From an uncultured Anaeromassilibacillus sp. (GTDB lineage Bacteria; Bacillota; Clostridia; Oscillospirales; Acutalibacteraceae), in assembly GCA_902472225.1 (NCBI GenBank), contig CABRNB010000001.1, positions 29,315 to 93,314 on the forward strand: a stretch of 64,000 nucleotides of DNA, given 5' to 3'. The notes under the pieces are model-generated. The model made no database searches. It was not told the origin of the DNA and saw only the letters and a list, made by a program, of their open reading frames with translations. A program made the translations under genes and the position numbers. Below are positions 27,457-37,276 of the stretch, piece by piece. Each line of letters opens with the position of its first letter. The stretch's first letter is position 1.

Positions 27457-27460
27457 TTGA
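27426..27460. terminator. GC-rich hairpin closing the noncoding island (possibly bidirectional)
   Basis: GAGAGCCCCGGC-cggtacc-GCCGGGGCTCTC. U-rich on the minus-strand side, TTGATCT on the plus side. A second hairpin GTCCGGA...TCCGGAC follows immediately. Confidence 0.55.
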
Positions 27461-27680
27461 TCTGTCCGGACCACGGATCCGGACGGTGGAAACGCATTTG
27501 CCTTTTCTCCTGCTCTTTGGCGGAGCCCCGTTTTGCAGTTGGTTTCCTGTGAAAAGGAAATGTGAATTAATTGTAAACTTTTGGCTGTTGAGTGAGAAAA
27601 TCACTTTTTTCCTGTTCTGTTTTTGCTATACTGAAAACCACAAGCTCCCTTTTTGGGGCAGCAGAAAGGCGGAATTTTAG

Positions 27681-28604
27681 ATGGATCATAAAATTTGGGA
27701 TGTTATCATCGTCGGAGGCGGTCCCGGCGGCTACACGGCGGCTTTGTACTGCGGCCGTGCGGCGCTTTCCGTTCTTGTCCTTGAGAAAATGGCGCCTGGC
27801 GGTCAGATGGGGACGACGGATCAGATTGACAATTATCCCGGCTTCCCGGAGGGAATTAACGGATTTGATCTTGCCATGCAGATGCAGCAGAGCGCTGAAA
27901 GATTTGGTGCGCAGACGCGCCTTGAGGACGTCGTCCGTCTCTCTCTGGAGGGAGAGATCAAAACGGTCGTCACTTCCTCCGGCGAATACAAGGCGCGCAC
28001 CGTGGTTCTGGCTACCGGGGCGGCTCCCCGTGAGCTGGGGCTGCCTCGGGAACGCGAGCTGCGCGGCCGCGGCGTTTCTTATTGCGCGACGTGCGACGGC
28101 ATGTTTTATCGCGGCAAAGAGGTCGTGGTGGTAGGCGGAGGCAACACAGCGGCCGCCGATGCGCTGTATCTCTCAAAGCTCTGCGGAAAGGTGACGATTG
28201 TGCACCGCCGCGATACGCTGCGTGCTTCGAAAGCATATCTCAAGCCTCTTCAGGAGTGCGGCAACGTGGAAATCCTTTGGGACAGCCTGCCGGACGAGAT
28301 TCTCGGAGAGAACGCTGTTTCCGGCTTGCGGGTGAAAAATAAAAAGACAGGCGAGACGCAGGATGTGCCTTGCGCCGGTATTTTCGTTGCAATCGGAAAC
28401 GAGCCGAATACGGCTCTCTTCGCGGACAGTGTTGCTCTCGACGGCGGCTATGTCGCTGCGGATGAAACGACCCGTACCAATCTTCCGGGCGTTTTTGCGG
28501 TGGGCGATGTTCGCCGCAAGCCGCTGCGCCAGGTGGTTACCGCCGTTGCGGACGGCGCGATGGCTTCCCATTTCATTGAGGAATACCTCTCCGAGGTTCA
28601 TTGA
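27681..28604 (+). CDS. trxB: thioredoxin-disulfide reductase
   Basis: GGGPGG FAD motif, redox-active CATC, GGGNTA NADPH motif. 307 aa. Confidence 0.9.
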   Translation: MDHKIWDVIIVGGGPGGYTAALYCGRAALSVLVLEKMAPGGQMGTTDQIDNYPGFPEGINGFDLAMQMQQSAERFGAQTRLEDVVRLSLEGEIKTVVTSSGEYKARTVVLATGAAPRELGLPRERELRGRGVSYCATCDGMFYRGKEVVVVGGGNTAAADALYLSKLCGKVTIVHRRDTLRASKAYLKPLQECGNVEILWDSLPDEILGENAVSGLRVKNKKTGETQDVPCAGIFVAIGNEPNTALFADSVALDGGYVAADETTRTNLPGVFAVGDVRRKPLRQVVTAVADGAMASHFIEEYLSEVH

Positions 28605-28621
28605 CACATCTCTGGATACAG

Positions 28622-28684
28622 AAAGAGCGCCTCTGCTCCCCGACCGGTTTGCCGGTTGAGGAGGCAGGGGCGCTCTTTTGTGTT
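28622..28684. terminator. bidirectional terminator between trxB and the convergent oxidoreductase gene
   Basis: AAAGAGCGCCTCTGCTCC...GGAGGCAGGGGCGCTCTTT TGTGTT. Confidence 0.6.
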
Positions 28685-28710
28685 CCGAAAGGAAAGATGA
28701 AAGGGGAGAC

Positions 28711-29862
28711 TCAGATCTCCGGGATCTCAATCTCAATCTCGCGGCCCAGTTCAGCGGATTTCTGAATACCGGAGATAATGGCCTGATTGTAGAGAATCTG
28801 GCTGGTCGGGACGGGAGCCTCGCCGCCGTTCTTGACTGCGTCGAGGAAGGAACGGATCTTCTTGTAGAAGAGGCCGCCGAAGGAGTCTCCCTCCGGGCAG
28901 AGCGGGATGGTCGTCTGGGTCTGCTCGCCCGCGACGTCGCGGTACAGCGTCATGGGGCCGCCGACGGTGCCGTTCCAGCACTCCGTGGACGGGATGCGCA
29001 GAGCGCCCTTCGTGCCCATGATGATCGTGTCACCGGGAGTGTCAACATGCATCGCCCATGCGATACGGAAATCGAGAATAATATCACCCTCCAGGCGAAC
29101 AAACGCGGCGGCAAAATCGTCCACATCGAAGCGGGCGGCGTCAGCCGGATTGTTGTAAAGAGGATTGGTGCCGAGGAAGTTGGAGGTGTAGCCCGTCACA
29201 GTCAGCGGCTTCGGATAGCCGATGGCGTTGAGCACCATGTCCAGGGAGTAGCAGCCGATATCGCCGAGCGCGCCGATGCCGGCCGTCTTTTTCTCAATGA
29301 AGGTGCTGTTCGGGATGCCGCGGCGGCGTCCGCCGCCGGTCTGGATGTAATAGATCTTGCCCAGCTCGCCGGACTCGACGATCTTCTTGATCATTTTCAT
29401 GTTGTCGTCCATGCGGGGCTGGAAGCCGATCGAGAGAAGCTTGCCGCTCTCCTTTTCCGCCTTGCAGATGGCCGCGGCCTCTTCCATCGTGACGCACATC
29501 GGCTTCTCCAGAAGCACATTGACGCCCTTCTGGAGCGCGTAAATGGTGCACTCCGCATGCGTGACGTTGTAGGTGCAGACACTCACGGCGTCGAGGTTCT
29601 CCGCCTCGGCGTCGAGCATGGACTTGTGGTCGGGATACAGACGGACGCCTTCAACGCCGTAGCGCTTGAAGAACTTCTCCGCCTTGCCGGGGATCAGGTC
29701 GGCGGCGGCGACGATCTCGACGTCGGGCATCTGCTTGTAGCTCTCAATGTGAGCTTCAGCAATCCAGCCGGTGCCGATGATGCCGATCTTCAGCTTGCGG
29801 GAGACGTCAATCTCTTCTTCTTCGGTGGGAGGGGTAAACTGGTTGAGAACAGTATCAGACAT
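28711..29862 (-). CDS. Gfo/Idh/MocA-family NAD(P)-dependent oxidoreductase
   Basis: Rossmann fold IGIIGTGWIAEAHIESY, EKPM motif. 383 aa. Confidence 0.8.
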   Translation of the reverse strand: MSDTVLNQFTPPTEEEEIDVSRKLKIGIIGTGWIAEAHIESYKQMPDVEIVAAADLIPGKAEKFFKRYGVEGVRLYPDHKSMLDAEAENLDAVSVCTYNVTHAECTIYALQKGVNVLLEKPMCVTMEEAAAICKAEKESGKLLSIGFQPRMDDNMKMIKKIVESGELGKIYYIQTGGGRRRGIPNSTFIEKKTAGIGALGDIGCYSLDMVLNAIGYPKPLTVTGYTSNFLGTNPLYNNPADAARFDVDDFAAAFVRLEGDIILDFRIAWAMHVDTPGDTIIMGTKGALRIPSTECWNGTVGGPMTLYRDVAGEQTQTTIPLCPEGDSFGGLFYKKIRSFLDAVKNGGEAPVPTSQILYNQAIISGIQKSAELGREIEIEIPEI

Positions 29863-29923
29863 GGTACGATTCCTCTCTTTTCAAATTATGATGGGGAAAG
29901 TTATGGCGGGGAAAGACAGCTGC

Positions 29924-30745
29924 TTACAGCAGAGTCTTCAGATATGCGATGCTGATTTCAGCGCATTCCATGGGAGTCTTGTCCATGCTCGGGGCGTCCT
30001 GCTCGACGACAACCCATTCCGCGCCTGCATCCTCGGCGGCAGCCAGGATGGCGGGGAAGTCCTGCAGGCCCTTGCCCAGCGGACGGAACTCAAAGGTTTT
30101 CTTCTCTTCCTTCTTCTCAGACTCAATGCCGATCAGCTCATACATCTGCTCCGGCTTTTCTCCGGAGAGGAAGAAATCCTTAAGGTGAACGACGGGAGCA
30201 CGGCCCGTATACTTGCGCACATAGGCAGCCGGATTCTCGCCGCCGACGTTGACCCAGCAGGTGTCGAGCTCGGTCTGCAGCAGCTCGGCAGGCACGGTGT
30301 CATAGAGAACGTCGAGGGCGTATTTGCCGTCGATCTTCGCAAATTCAAAATCGTGATTGTGATAGAGCAGCGTCATGCCGAGCTTCTTCGCCGTCTCGCC
30401 GAGCAGGCGCGCCCCTTCGATGGTCTTCTGGAACCCGTCTGTGCCGGGACGGTACTCCTCGGTCAGATAGGGGATTGCGACAAAGCGGCAGCCGATCGCG
30501 GCGTATTCGCCGAGGACTTTCTCCGGATCCGCCATCATGTCGACGAACGGAACATGAGCGGAGATCGGGACGAGGCTGTACTTTTCACAAAGCGCCTTAA
30601 CCTCAGCAGGGGCTTTGCCGTAGAGACCGGCGAACTCCACGCCGTCATAGCCGAGCTCCTTCACCTTTTTCAGCGTGCCCTCGAAGTCCTTCTCAAGATC
30701 GTCGCGGACCGAGTACAGCTGGAGCGCGATAGGAAACTTTTTCAT
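29924..30745 (-). CDS. sugar phosphate isomerase/epimerase (xylose-isomerase-like TIM barrel)
   Basis: 273 aa, AP-endonuclease-2/XylA-like TIM-barrel pattern (GYDGVEF...HAKD). Confidence 0.7.
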   Translation of the reverse strand: MKKFPIALQLYSVRDDLEKDFEGTLKKVKELGYDGVEFAGLYGKAPAEVKALCEKYSLVPISAHVPFVDMMADPEKVLGEYAAIGCRFVAIPYLTEEYRPGTDGFQKTIEGARLLGETAKKLGMTLLYHNHDFEFAKIDGKYALDVLYDTVPAELLQTELDTCWVNVGGENPAAYVRKYTGRAPVVHLKDFFLSGEKPEQMYELIGIESEKKEEKKTFEFRPLGKGLQDFPAILAAAEDAGAEWVVVEQDAPSMDKTPMECAEISIAYLKTLL

Positions 30746-30893
30746 GGTGCTGACAACTCCTTTTCCAAAAATCTGTCAATTCTAATTTCTTTTGCGGGGG
30801 AACTGGTCCCTGCGGAACGCAGGCGGGAACGCCATTCGAAGGGGGTTCCCTTCCGCAGAGCAATTCGCCTGTCAGACGGTGAACATGCGGCTT

Positions 30894-31943
30894 TTAGATG
30901 TGAAGCGAGATGGAGCAGCCTTTTTCAGCAGACTCAAAGACAGCGTCGATCACCCGCATCACGCGCAGAGCCTGTTCGGGGGTGACGGCCAGCGGTGCCT
31001 TGCCCTCGTCGGCGTCGCGGAAATTGCGGTAATAGTCGCGGGCGTCGCTTTCCAGCTCGGGCAGGGGCAGCTCCTCGAGGCTTTCCTTCGGGCGGGGGGC
31101 CATTGTGCGGGTTGGTCCGGCCACGGTGTAGACGATACCGGCCTCCCAGCGCATTTCCTCCGTCTTCGCGCGCACGACGCGGCCGGTGCAGGAGAAGTCG
31201 TCAACCTGAGCGGTGCCGCTGTCGCCGGATACATGCCAGCGGGGCAGATTGATAAAGGTATAGGTGTCTACCTCCACGAGAGCGGACAGACCGTTCTCAA
31301 AGCGCATCAGGAGCTTGAAGTTGTCGTCAACGCCGGGGAACTTGACGGAAAGCAGGTGCGCGTAAACCTCCGTAACAGGGCTGTCAACGAGATACATGAG
31401 CTGATCAATCAGGTGCACGCCCCAGTCGAGCAGCATGCCGCCGCCCGCTTCCTTTACGCAGCGCCAGTCGCCGGGGATGCCCTTGCTGCCCTGAACGCGG
31501 GACTCGATGTAGAACGGCTTGCCGATGGTGCCGTTCTCGATCAGCGTCTTGACAATGAGGAAATCCTTGTCCCAGCGGCGGTTCTGATGCACGGAGAACT
31601 GACGTCCCGTCTCCTTCGAGACAGCGATGACCTCCTCAAGCTCAGCGGCGTTCATCATGACCGGTTTTTCGCAGATGACGTTTTTGCCCGCGCGCATCGC
31701 CTGAATCGAGAGAGGCTTGTGAAAGTTGTTCGGAACGGCCAGGAGAACGGTGCGGATTTCCGGGTCGGCGAGCAGCTCGTCGAGCGTCTGGTAGCCGTGG
31801 ATGCCGTCCTGTTCCGCGGCGGCGATCCGCTCCGGGTTGATGTCATAAATGCCCGCGAGCCGGAACTCCTCCGGCAGAGACAGAAGCTGCTTGGCATGGT
31901 AGCCGCCCATACCGCCGTAGCCGATGATGGCAATGGTATACAT
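30894..31943 (-). CDS. Gfo/Idh/MocA-family NAD(P)-dependent oxidoreductase
   Basis: IAIIGYGGMGGYHAKQL, EKPV motif. 349 aa. RBS AAAGGAGGAA. Confidence 0.8.
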   Translation of the reverse strand: MYTIAIIGYGGMGGYHAKQLLSLPEEFRLAGIYDINPERIAAAEQDGIHGYQTLDELLADPEIRTVLLAVPNNFHKPLSIQAMRAGKNVICEKPVMMNAAELEEVIAVSKETGRQFSVHQNRRWDKDFLIVKTLIENGTIGKPFYIESRVQGSKGIPGDWRCVKEAGGGMLLDWGVHLIDQLMYLVDSPVTEVYAHLLSVKFPGVDDNFKLLMRFENGLSALVEVDTYTFINLPRWHVSGDSGTAQVDDFSCTGRVVRAKTEEMRWEAGIVYTVAGPTRTMAPRPKESLEELPLPELESDARDYYRNFRDADEGKAPLAVTPEQALRVMRVIDAVFESAEKGCSISLHI

Positions 31944-31978
31944 GGTGGAAGTTTCCTCCTTTATGATTGACCGGCAGC

Positions 31979-32947
31979 TCAGGCCCAGTACATGCCGCCC
32001 TGACGCTCCTCAAAGATAATGGTGCGCTTGAGCACCTCAATCGCCTTTTCAAGGCCCTCACGCGTCGTCATGAGGCCGTCTTCATGCTCGATGGAGATGA
32101 TGCCGTCGTAGCCGACCTTGCGCAGCTCGCTGAAAATTGCGCGCCAGGTATCCTCGCCGTGGCCGTAGCCGATGGTGCGGAAAACCCACGGACGCTCGGT
32201 GATGCGGTCAAAGGGCGTTGTGTCGAGCACGCCGTTGACGGCGCAGTTGTAAGGATCGATGGCCGTGTCCTTCGCGTGGAAGTGGTAAATGGCGCCCTTG
32301 AGCGCACGGATGGCGGCGACGGGATCAATTCCCTGCCAGAACAGGTGGGAGGGATCAAAGTTCGCGCCGATCACCGGGCCGACGGCCTCGCGCAGGCGCA
32401 GCAGGGTGCCGGGGTTATAAACGCAGAAGCCGGGATGCATCTCGAACGCGATCTGATGCACATTGTGCTCCTCGGCGAACTTGGCTTCCTTCTTCCAGTA
32501 GGGGATGAGCTTTTCGTTCCACTGCCATTCCTTGATCTTCTGGAAGTCGTCCGGCCAGGTTGCGACGACCCAGTTCGGATACTGGGAATTCTCGCAGTCG
32601 CCCGGGCAGCCGGAGAAGCCGACAACCGTCTTGACGCCAAGCTTTTCGGCCAGGCAGATGGCGGCCTCGAACTGCTCATGATAGGCGTTCGCGACTTCCT
32701 TGTTCGGGTGCACCGGGTTGCCGTGGCAGGACAGCGCGGCGACGCCAATCCCATACTTGTCGACGGTCTCCTGGAACTGCTCGATGAGCTCGGGATGCTC
32801 CATAAATTTTATGGCGTCCGCGTGGGCAGTGCCGGGGGTGCCGCCGCAGCCGATCTCGACCTCCTGAACGCCGAGGCTCTTGAGATACTTGAGGGTCTCA
32901 TCCAGGGAAAGATCGCCCAGAAGAACCGTCATTACACCTAATTTCAT
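31979..32947 (-). CDS. sugar phosphate isomerase/epimerase (xylose-isomerase-like TIM barrel)
   Basis: About 322 aa, HAKD...IEHED motifs. Start at MKLG with RBS GGAAAGGAG; the listed ORF begins 7 codons upstream, inside the RBS. Confidence 0.7.
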   Translation of the reverse strand: MKLGVMTVLLGDLSLDETLKYLKSLGVQEVEIGCGGTPGTAHADAIKFMEHPELIEQFQETVDKYGIGVAALSCHGNPVHPNKEVANAYHEQFEAAICLAEKLGVKTVVGFSGCPGDCENSQYPNWVVATWPDDFQKIKEWQWNEKLIPYWKKEAKFAEEHNVHQIAFEMHPGFCVYNPGTLLRLREAVGPVIGANFDPSHLFWQGIDPVAAIRALKGAIYHFHAKDTAIDPYNCAVNGVLDTTPFDRITERPWVFRTIGYGHGEDTWRAIFSELRKVGYDGIISIEHEDGLMTTREGLEKAIEVLKRTIIFEERQGGMYWA

Positions 32948-33132
32948 GACAACATTGCTCCTTTCCAATACACATCAGAATCCACAGTTTTTCTCCGTGG
33001 AACAGTTGACTTACCATATACCTGCATTATAATAAAGAGGAGCTCGTTTGTCGTGCCAACGCGGGCCCATTTTGTGACAAAAATTGCTATGACCTCCGGC
33101 ACGGAATCCAGATAAGCGGAAGGGGAAAAAGG

Positions 33133-34044
33133 ATGGACGGCTACTACGAGCATTCTCGGGATGTGGAAAAATATCCCTCCTGCTGGCATTCGGTGGATAA
33201 CACCTGCTTTCCGCATTTTCACAGCTGCGTGGAGATCACGTATGTGACGGAGGGGGAGATCGATTTTGTTCTTAACGGTCACGGAGGAACGGCTGGGGCG
33301 CGTCAGGTGATTGCCGCGCCGAGCTATACGGTGCATTATTTCAGCACGCCGGAAAGCTCACGGTCGATTGTTCTCACCGTGCCGCTTGATTATGTTCCCT
33401 CCTTCCGCAAGCTGATTGCGCGCAGAACGTTCCGCAATCTTATCTGGACCGATCCCGATCCGGAAAGCGAGCTGCTGCATGGTATGGAAAAGCTGACGGA
33501 GCTTTGCACGGTGCACAGCGACGCGCCCCCTGAGCTGCTGACCAAGGGGTACCTTTATACAGTCCTCGGTATTCTGGCGGATCGGCTGGGGCTGACGGAC
33601 AGCCAGGAGGGGACGGACGCCTTTCTCGCCCGCGATATCCTGCAATATCTCGATCAAAATTACCGCTCCGATGTGACGCTGGAAAAGCTTGCCGCCAGAT
33701 TCGGCTACAGCAAGAGCCGATTTTCGCACCTGTTTCACGCCTATTTCGGCTGCGGTATTCCGGAATATGTCAATACGCTGCGCTGCCGCAGCGCTGCGCT
33801 TCTGCTCACGCAGGAGTCCGCTTCCATGACAAGCGCCGCCATGAATTCGGGGTTTGAGAGCATGCGCACCTTTTACCGCTGCTTCAAAAAGTCCTTTGGA
33901 ATTTCTCCGAGCGAATATCTGCGGGAGCGCCGCGGCCAGGAGCCGGACGATCTGCTTTATAATCCGTTTTATCTCTCCGGAGGCGTCCTGCTGCATCGCG
34001 AGGGCGGCGATCCGCAGGAAAGCGGGGAGGAACAGACAGAATAA
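33133..34044 (+). CDS. AraC-family transcriptional regulator, divergent from the oxidoreductase/isomerase cluster
   Basis: Cupin N-domain and C-terminal AraC HTH (LAARFGYSKSRFSHLFHAYFGCGIPEY). Confidence 0.8.
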   Translation: MDGYYEHSRDVEKYPSCWHSVDNTCFPHFHSCVEITYVTEGEIDFVLNGHGGTAGARQVIAAPSYTVHYFSTPESSRSIVLTVPLDYVPSFRKLIARRTFRNLIWTDPDPESELLHGMEKLTELCTVHSDAPPELLTKGYLYTVLGILADRLGLTDSQEGTDAFLARDILQYLDQNYRSDVTLEKLAARFGYSKSRFSHLFHAYFGCGIPEYVNTLRCRSAALLLTQESASMTSAAMNSGFESMRTFYRCFKKSFGISPSEYLRERRGQEPDDLLYNPFYLSGGVLLHREGGDPQESGEEQTE

Positions 34045-34116
34045 AGCCCCCTTCCGGGGCCCGGTTGGGGCCGCGAAAGAGGGCTTGAAAAAGGGCTTTC
34101 GGAATGGGTGCTTGTT

Positions 34117-34959
34117 TTACTCCGTCGTGGAGGAAGCGCTGTTTGATGTGCTGCCCGCAGACGACGCGGCGCTGTCCAGAATGGAATCGATGTTGAACAG
34201 CGACTGGCCGTCCGACACCACGACGGGAAGCTTGCCGTCCCACTTGTCGATGAACTCCATTTTGAGCATCTGGTCGGTAATTTCCTGCGACTTGAGCCGG
34301 TAGCTCTCGGCTTCCGCCTCAGCCTCGGCGATCTTCTGCTCCGCCTCGACCTTCACACGGGCAAGGTCCTGCTCCGCCTTGAGGGCGTTCTGCTGGGCTG
34401 TCTGTTTGGCTTCGATGGCGGCGTTGAACTCCTCAGAGAACTGAAAATCCACAATATTCACGCTCTGCGTGGAAAAACCGTAGGGGGCGAGCTTGGAGGA
34501 GATCTCCTCCTGAATCTCCGCGCCGACGGTCTGACGCATGGTGATGAGCTCCTCGGCGGTGTATTGAGCCATGACGGACTTGACCGCCTCCTGGATGGCG
34601 GGGATGACGACTACGTTTTCATAGTTTACGCCGATATTCTGATAGACGCTGGCGGCGCTCAGGCTTTCAATGCGGTAGTTGAGCGCTACGGTGCTGTTGA
34701 CGGTCTGCAGATCCTTCGAGGCGCTTGCGGAGACTACCTCGGCCTTTGTCACCTGATTGTTCATGTCGACGACGCGCGTTACAAAAGGAATGACAACGTG
34801 CAGGCCTTCGCTCAGGACGGTGTCATCTACCGCTCCGAAGCGCGTCACCACGCCGGTGTGACCGGCGGGAACGGCGTGCAGCGAGCTGGCACCGACAACC
34901 AGCACGGCCAGTGCTATGACAACAGAGATCACGATTTTTTTAATGTTAAATGTTTTCAT
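34117..34959 (-). CDS. SPFH/band-7 (prohibitin/stomatin-like) membrane protein
   Basis: N-terminal TM, then an SPFH domain (VPAGHTGVVTRFG...) and a coiled-coil Ala/Glu-rich region. RBS GAGGAG. Confidence 0.75.
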   Translation of the reverse strand: MKTFNIKKIVISVVIALAVLVVGASSLHAVPAGHTGVVTRFGAVDDTVLSEGLHVVIPFVTRVVDMNNQVTKAEVVSASASKDLQTVNSTVALNYRIESLSAASVYQNIGVNYENVVVIPAIQEAVKSVMAQYTAEELITMRQTVGAEIQEEISSKLAPYGFSTQSVNIVDFQFSEEFNAAIEAKQTAQQNALKAEQDLARVKVEAEQKIAEAEAEAESYRLKSQEITDQMLKMEFIDKWDGKLPVVVSDGQSLFNIDSILDSAASSAGSTSNSASSTTE

Positions 34960-35272
34960 AAAAGCTTCTCCTCTCAAAACCATTGCGGCGGCGTTTGGGC
35001 CGCCGTACCTGTCGAGTCGCCCGCGCGGCGTTCTGCGTAGGATTTGAGAATATTATACAGAACCGCCGGGAGAAGCGCAATGCCGGAATTCGCCCGTTTT
35101 TCCCGGATTCCGGCTGTTTTGCAGTGCGGCGGAACGCTGTCTCTCCCGCAGGTATCAGGGAAAGACAGGGATTCACCGCGCGACAGCGCTTGCGGAAACC
35201 GGAAGCGCCGGCCTCCGGTTCAAAAACCGGGGCCGGCGCTTTTTCGGCAGGATAGGATACGATCCTCTTTGC

Positions 35273-35623
35273 TTATTCCTCGTGGTCGTGATGATGGTGG
35301 GCGCACAGGGCTCCCTTGTCCTTGAGCTCCCCGGCCAGCCATGCTTCGGCGGCAGTACGGGCAGGGCCCTCGGCTCCCGTGACGATCTCGACGCCGCGCT
35401 CACGGAAAATAGAGGCGGCATGAACGCCCATTCCGCCCGCAATGATGACCTTCGCGCCAAAGTCGGCGACAAGGTTCGGCAGAAGGCCGGGCTTGTGTCC
35501 GGGATTCGGAACGGACTCCTCCTTCGTGATGACGCCGTTCTCGGCGGTAAAGAAGGCAAAGCTCTGGCAGTGGCCGAAATGGCCGGTGACGGCGGAGCCG
35601 TCGCAGGCGACAGCAATGATCAT
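35273..35623 (-). CDS. NifX/NifB-family (dinitrogenase FeMo-cofactor-binding fold) small protein
   Basis: 116 aa, MIIAVACDG...VTGHFGHCQSFAFF..., His-rich C-terminus. Confidence 0.65.
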   Translation of the reverse strand: MIIAVACDGSAVTGHFGHCQSFAFFTAENGVITKEESVPNPGHKPGLLPNLVADFGAKVIIAGGMGVHAASIFRERGVEIVTGAEGPARTAAEAWLAGELKDKGALCAHHHHDHEE

Positions 35624-35878
35624 AAAACTCAGATCCTTTCTTTTTTATGTTGCCTGTGAATATAGTCATGTGTGGGGAATGTGTGGGAAACGCCGGGGCT
35701 GACCCGGCTGCGGCGTTCGGATTCTCCGGTTTCATTGTAGCTCTGCAGGAGGGGAAAAGTCAACTGCCGCCGGTTTTGATTGGGACGGGGCGTATTTGTT
35801 GTGTGAGGCACATCAGACGGAGGACAGCGATAGGCGAAACGCAATTGCCGGTATTCAAAAAAGTGATACGATGGTTTC

Positions 35879-35907
35879 TTGTAATCAGACGAAAATCGAC
35901 TTATAAT
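35879..35907 (+). promoter_or_regulatory. sigma-70-like promoter upstream of hemA
   Basis: TTGTAA-17 nt-TATAAT, about 95 nt before the hemA ATG. Confidence 0.45.
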
Positions 35908-36001
35908 GATACACTGGATATTGTTGTGAGACCGTTTCCGTTTTTCTCGAAAATGTAAAGGAACACCCGGGAGCCTCCCGGTGAAAGAAAGGCGAATCAA
36001 C

Positions 36002-37276
36002 ATGCAGTTTTCCGTTTGGGGCGTCAGCTATCAGGAGACGCCGCTGTGTCTGCGGGACAAAGCGTCCTTCAGCGACACGCAGAAGCTTGAGGCGCTGGAA
36101 GCGCTCGGGGCTGCGGGAGTAACGCAGGCTGCGATTCTCTCCACCTGCAACCGCAGCGAGCTTTATTATATCAACCCGCGGGGAGATGTACAGGCCGACG
36201 AGGCGGTGCGCCGCATTTTTCTGGAGAAGGAGCCGCGGCTGGCGGATACCCTGTTCCACCGGCAGGGCCGCGAGGCGGTCGCTTATCTTTTTGAGGTGGC
36301 GGCGGGGCTTGAAAGCCTTGTTCTCGGCGAGGATCAGATCCTCGGTCAGGTGCAGGACGCGCTCGATTTCGCCCGGGGAGCCGGGTCGGCGGGCAAGGAG
36401 CTCACACGTGTTTTCCTTGACGCCGTGACGGCGGCCAAGCAGATGAAGACGGCGCTGCGCATCAGCGAGAATCCTCTGTCCCTTTGCTCGATTGGCGTGC
36501 ACCGGCTTGCGTCGTGCGGGGCGGTGAGCGGGAAGACGGCTCTGGTGATCGGCAGCGGGAAAATGGCCGTGCTTGCCCTGCGGTACCTGACCGGCTGCGG
36601 TGCGGCGCGTCTCCTCAACTGCAACCGGAGTTTGGAGCATGCGCTTGCGCTGCGGGAGGAATTTCCCGGTCTGGAGGTTCTGCCTTTCTCCGAACGGTAC
36701 GATGCGGCGCGGCAGTGCGACGTGATCGTCTCGGCGACGGCCTCTCCGCATCTCGTGCTGCGGGCGGAGCAGTTCCCGGAGCGGGAGACGCCGCTGTTTC
36801 TGCTCGATCTTGCCGTACCGCGGGACATCGATCCCGATCTTGCGTCTCGTGCCAATCTTACGCTCTTTGACGTGGACTCGCTCCGGCAGACGGCAGAGGA
36901 AAGCATGCGCCGCCGCCGGGAGCTCGAGGAGACGGGACGCGCGATGCTGCGCGGCGGCGTTGGGGAGACGATGGATTGGCTCGCGTCAAGCCGGGTCGAT
37001 TCCACGGTGCAAAGCCTGCAGCAGCTCTGCCGCGAGGCGGAGGAGGATACCTGCGCGCTGCTGGAGCGCAGGCTGACGCTCAATGAGCATGAAAAGCGCG
37101 TTCTGCGCAAGTTTGTTCATGCGGGGATGCGCCGTCTCGTGCGCGCGCCCATTCTCACGCTCAAGGGACTGAGGGACGAAGGAGAGCAGGAGCGATACAT
37201 GCAGGCCGTTGAACGCCTGTTTCAGATGAAGGGGGAGAACGGACATGAAAATCAGACTGGGAACGAGAGGCTCTAA
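36002..37276 (+). CDS. hemA: glutamyl-tRNA reductase
   Basis: LSTCNRSELY active-site motif. About 424 aa from ATG 36002. Confidence 0.85.
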   Translation: MQFSVWGVSYQETPLCLRDKASFSDTQKLEALEALGAAGVTQAAILSTCNRSELYYINPRGDVQADEAVRRIFLEKEPRLADTLFHRQGREAVAYLFEVAAGLESLVLGEDQILGQVQDALDFARGAGSAGKELTRVFLDAVTAAKQMKTALRISENPLSLCSIGVHRLASCGAVSGKTALVIGSGKMAVLALRYLTGCGAARLLNCNRSLEHALALREEFPGLEVLPFSERYDAARQCDVIVSATASPHLVLRAEQFPERETPLFLLDLAVPRDIDPDLASRANLTLFDVDSLRQTAEESMRRRRELEETGRAMLRGGVGETMDWLASSRVDSTVQSLQQLCREAEEDTCALLERRLTLNEHEKRVLRKFVHAGMRRLVRAPILTLKGLRDEGEQERYMQAVERLFQMKGENGHENQTGNERL

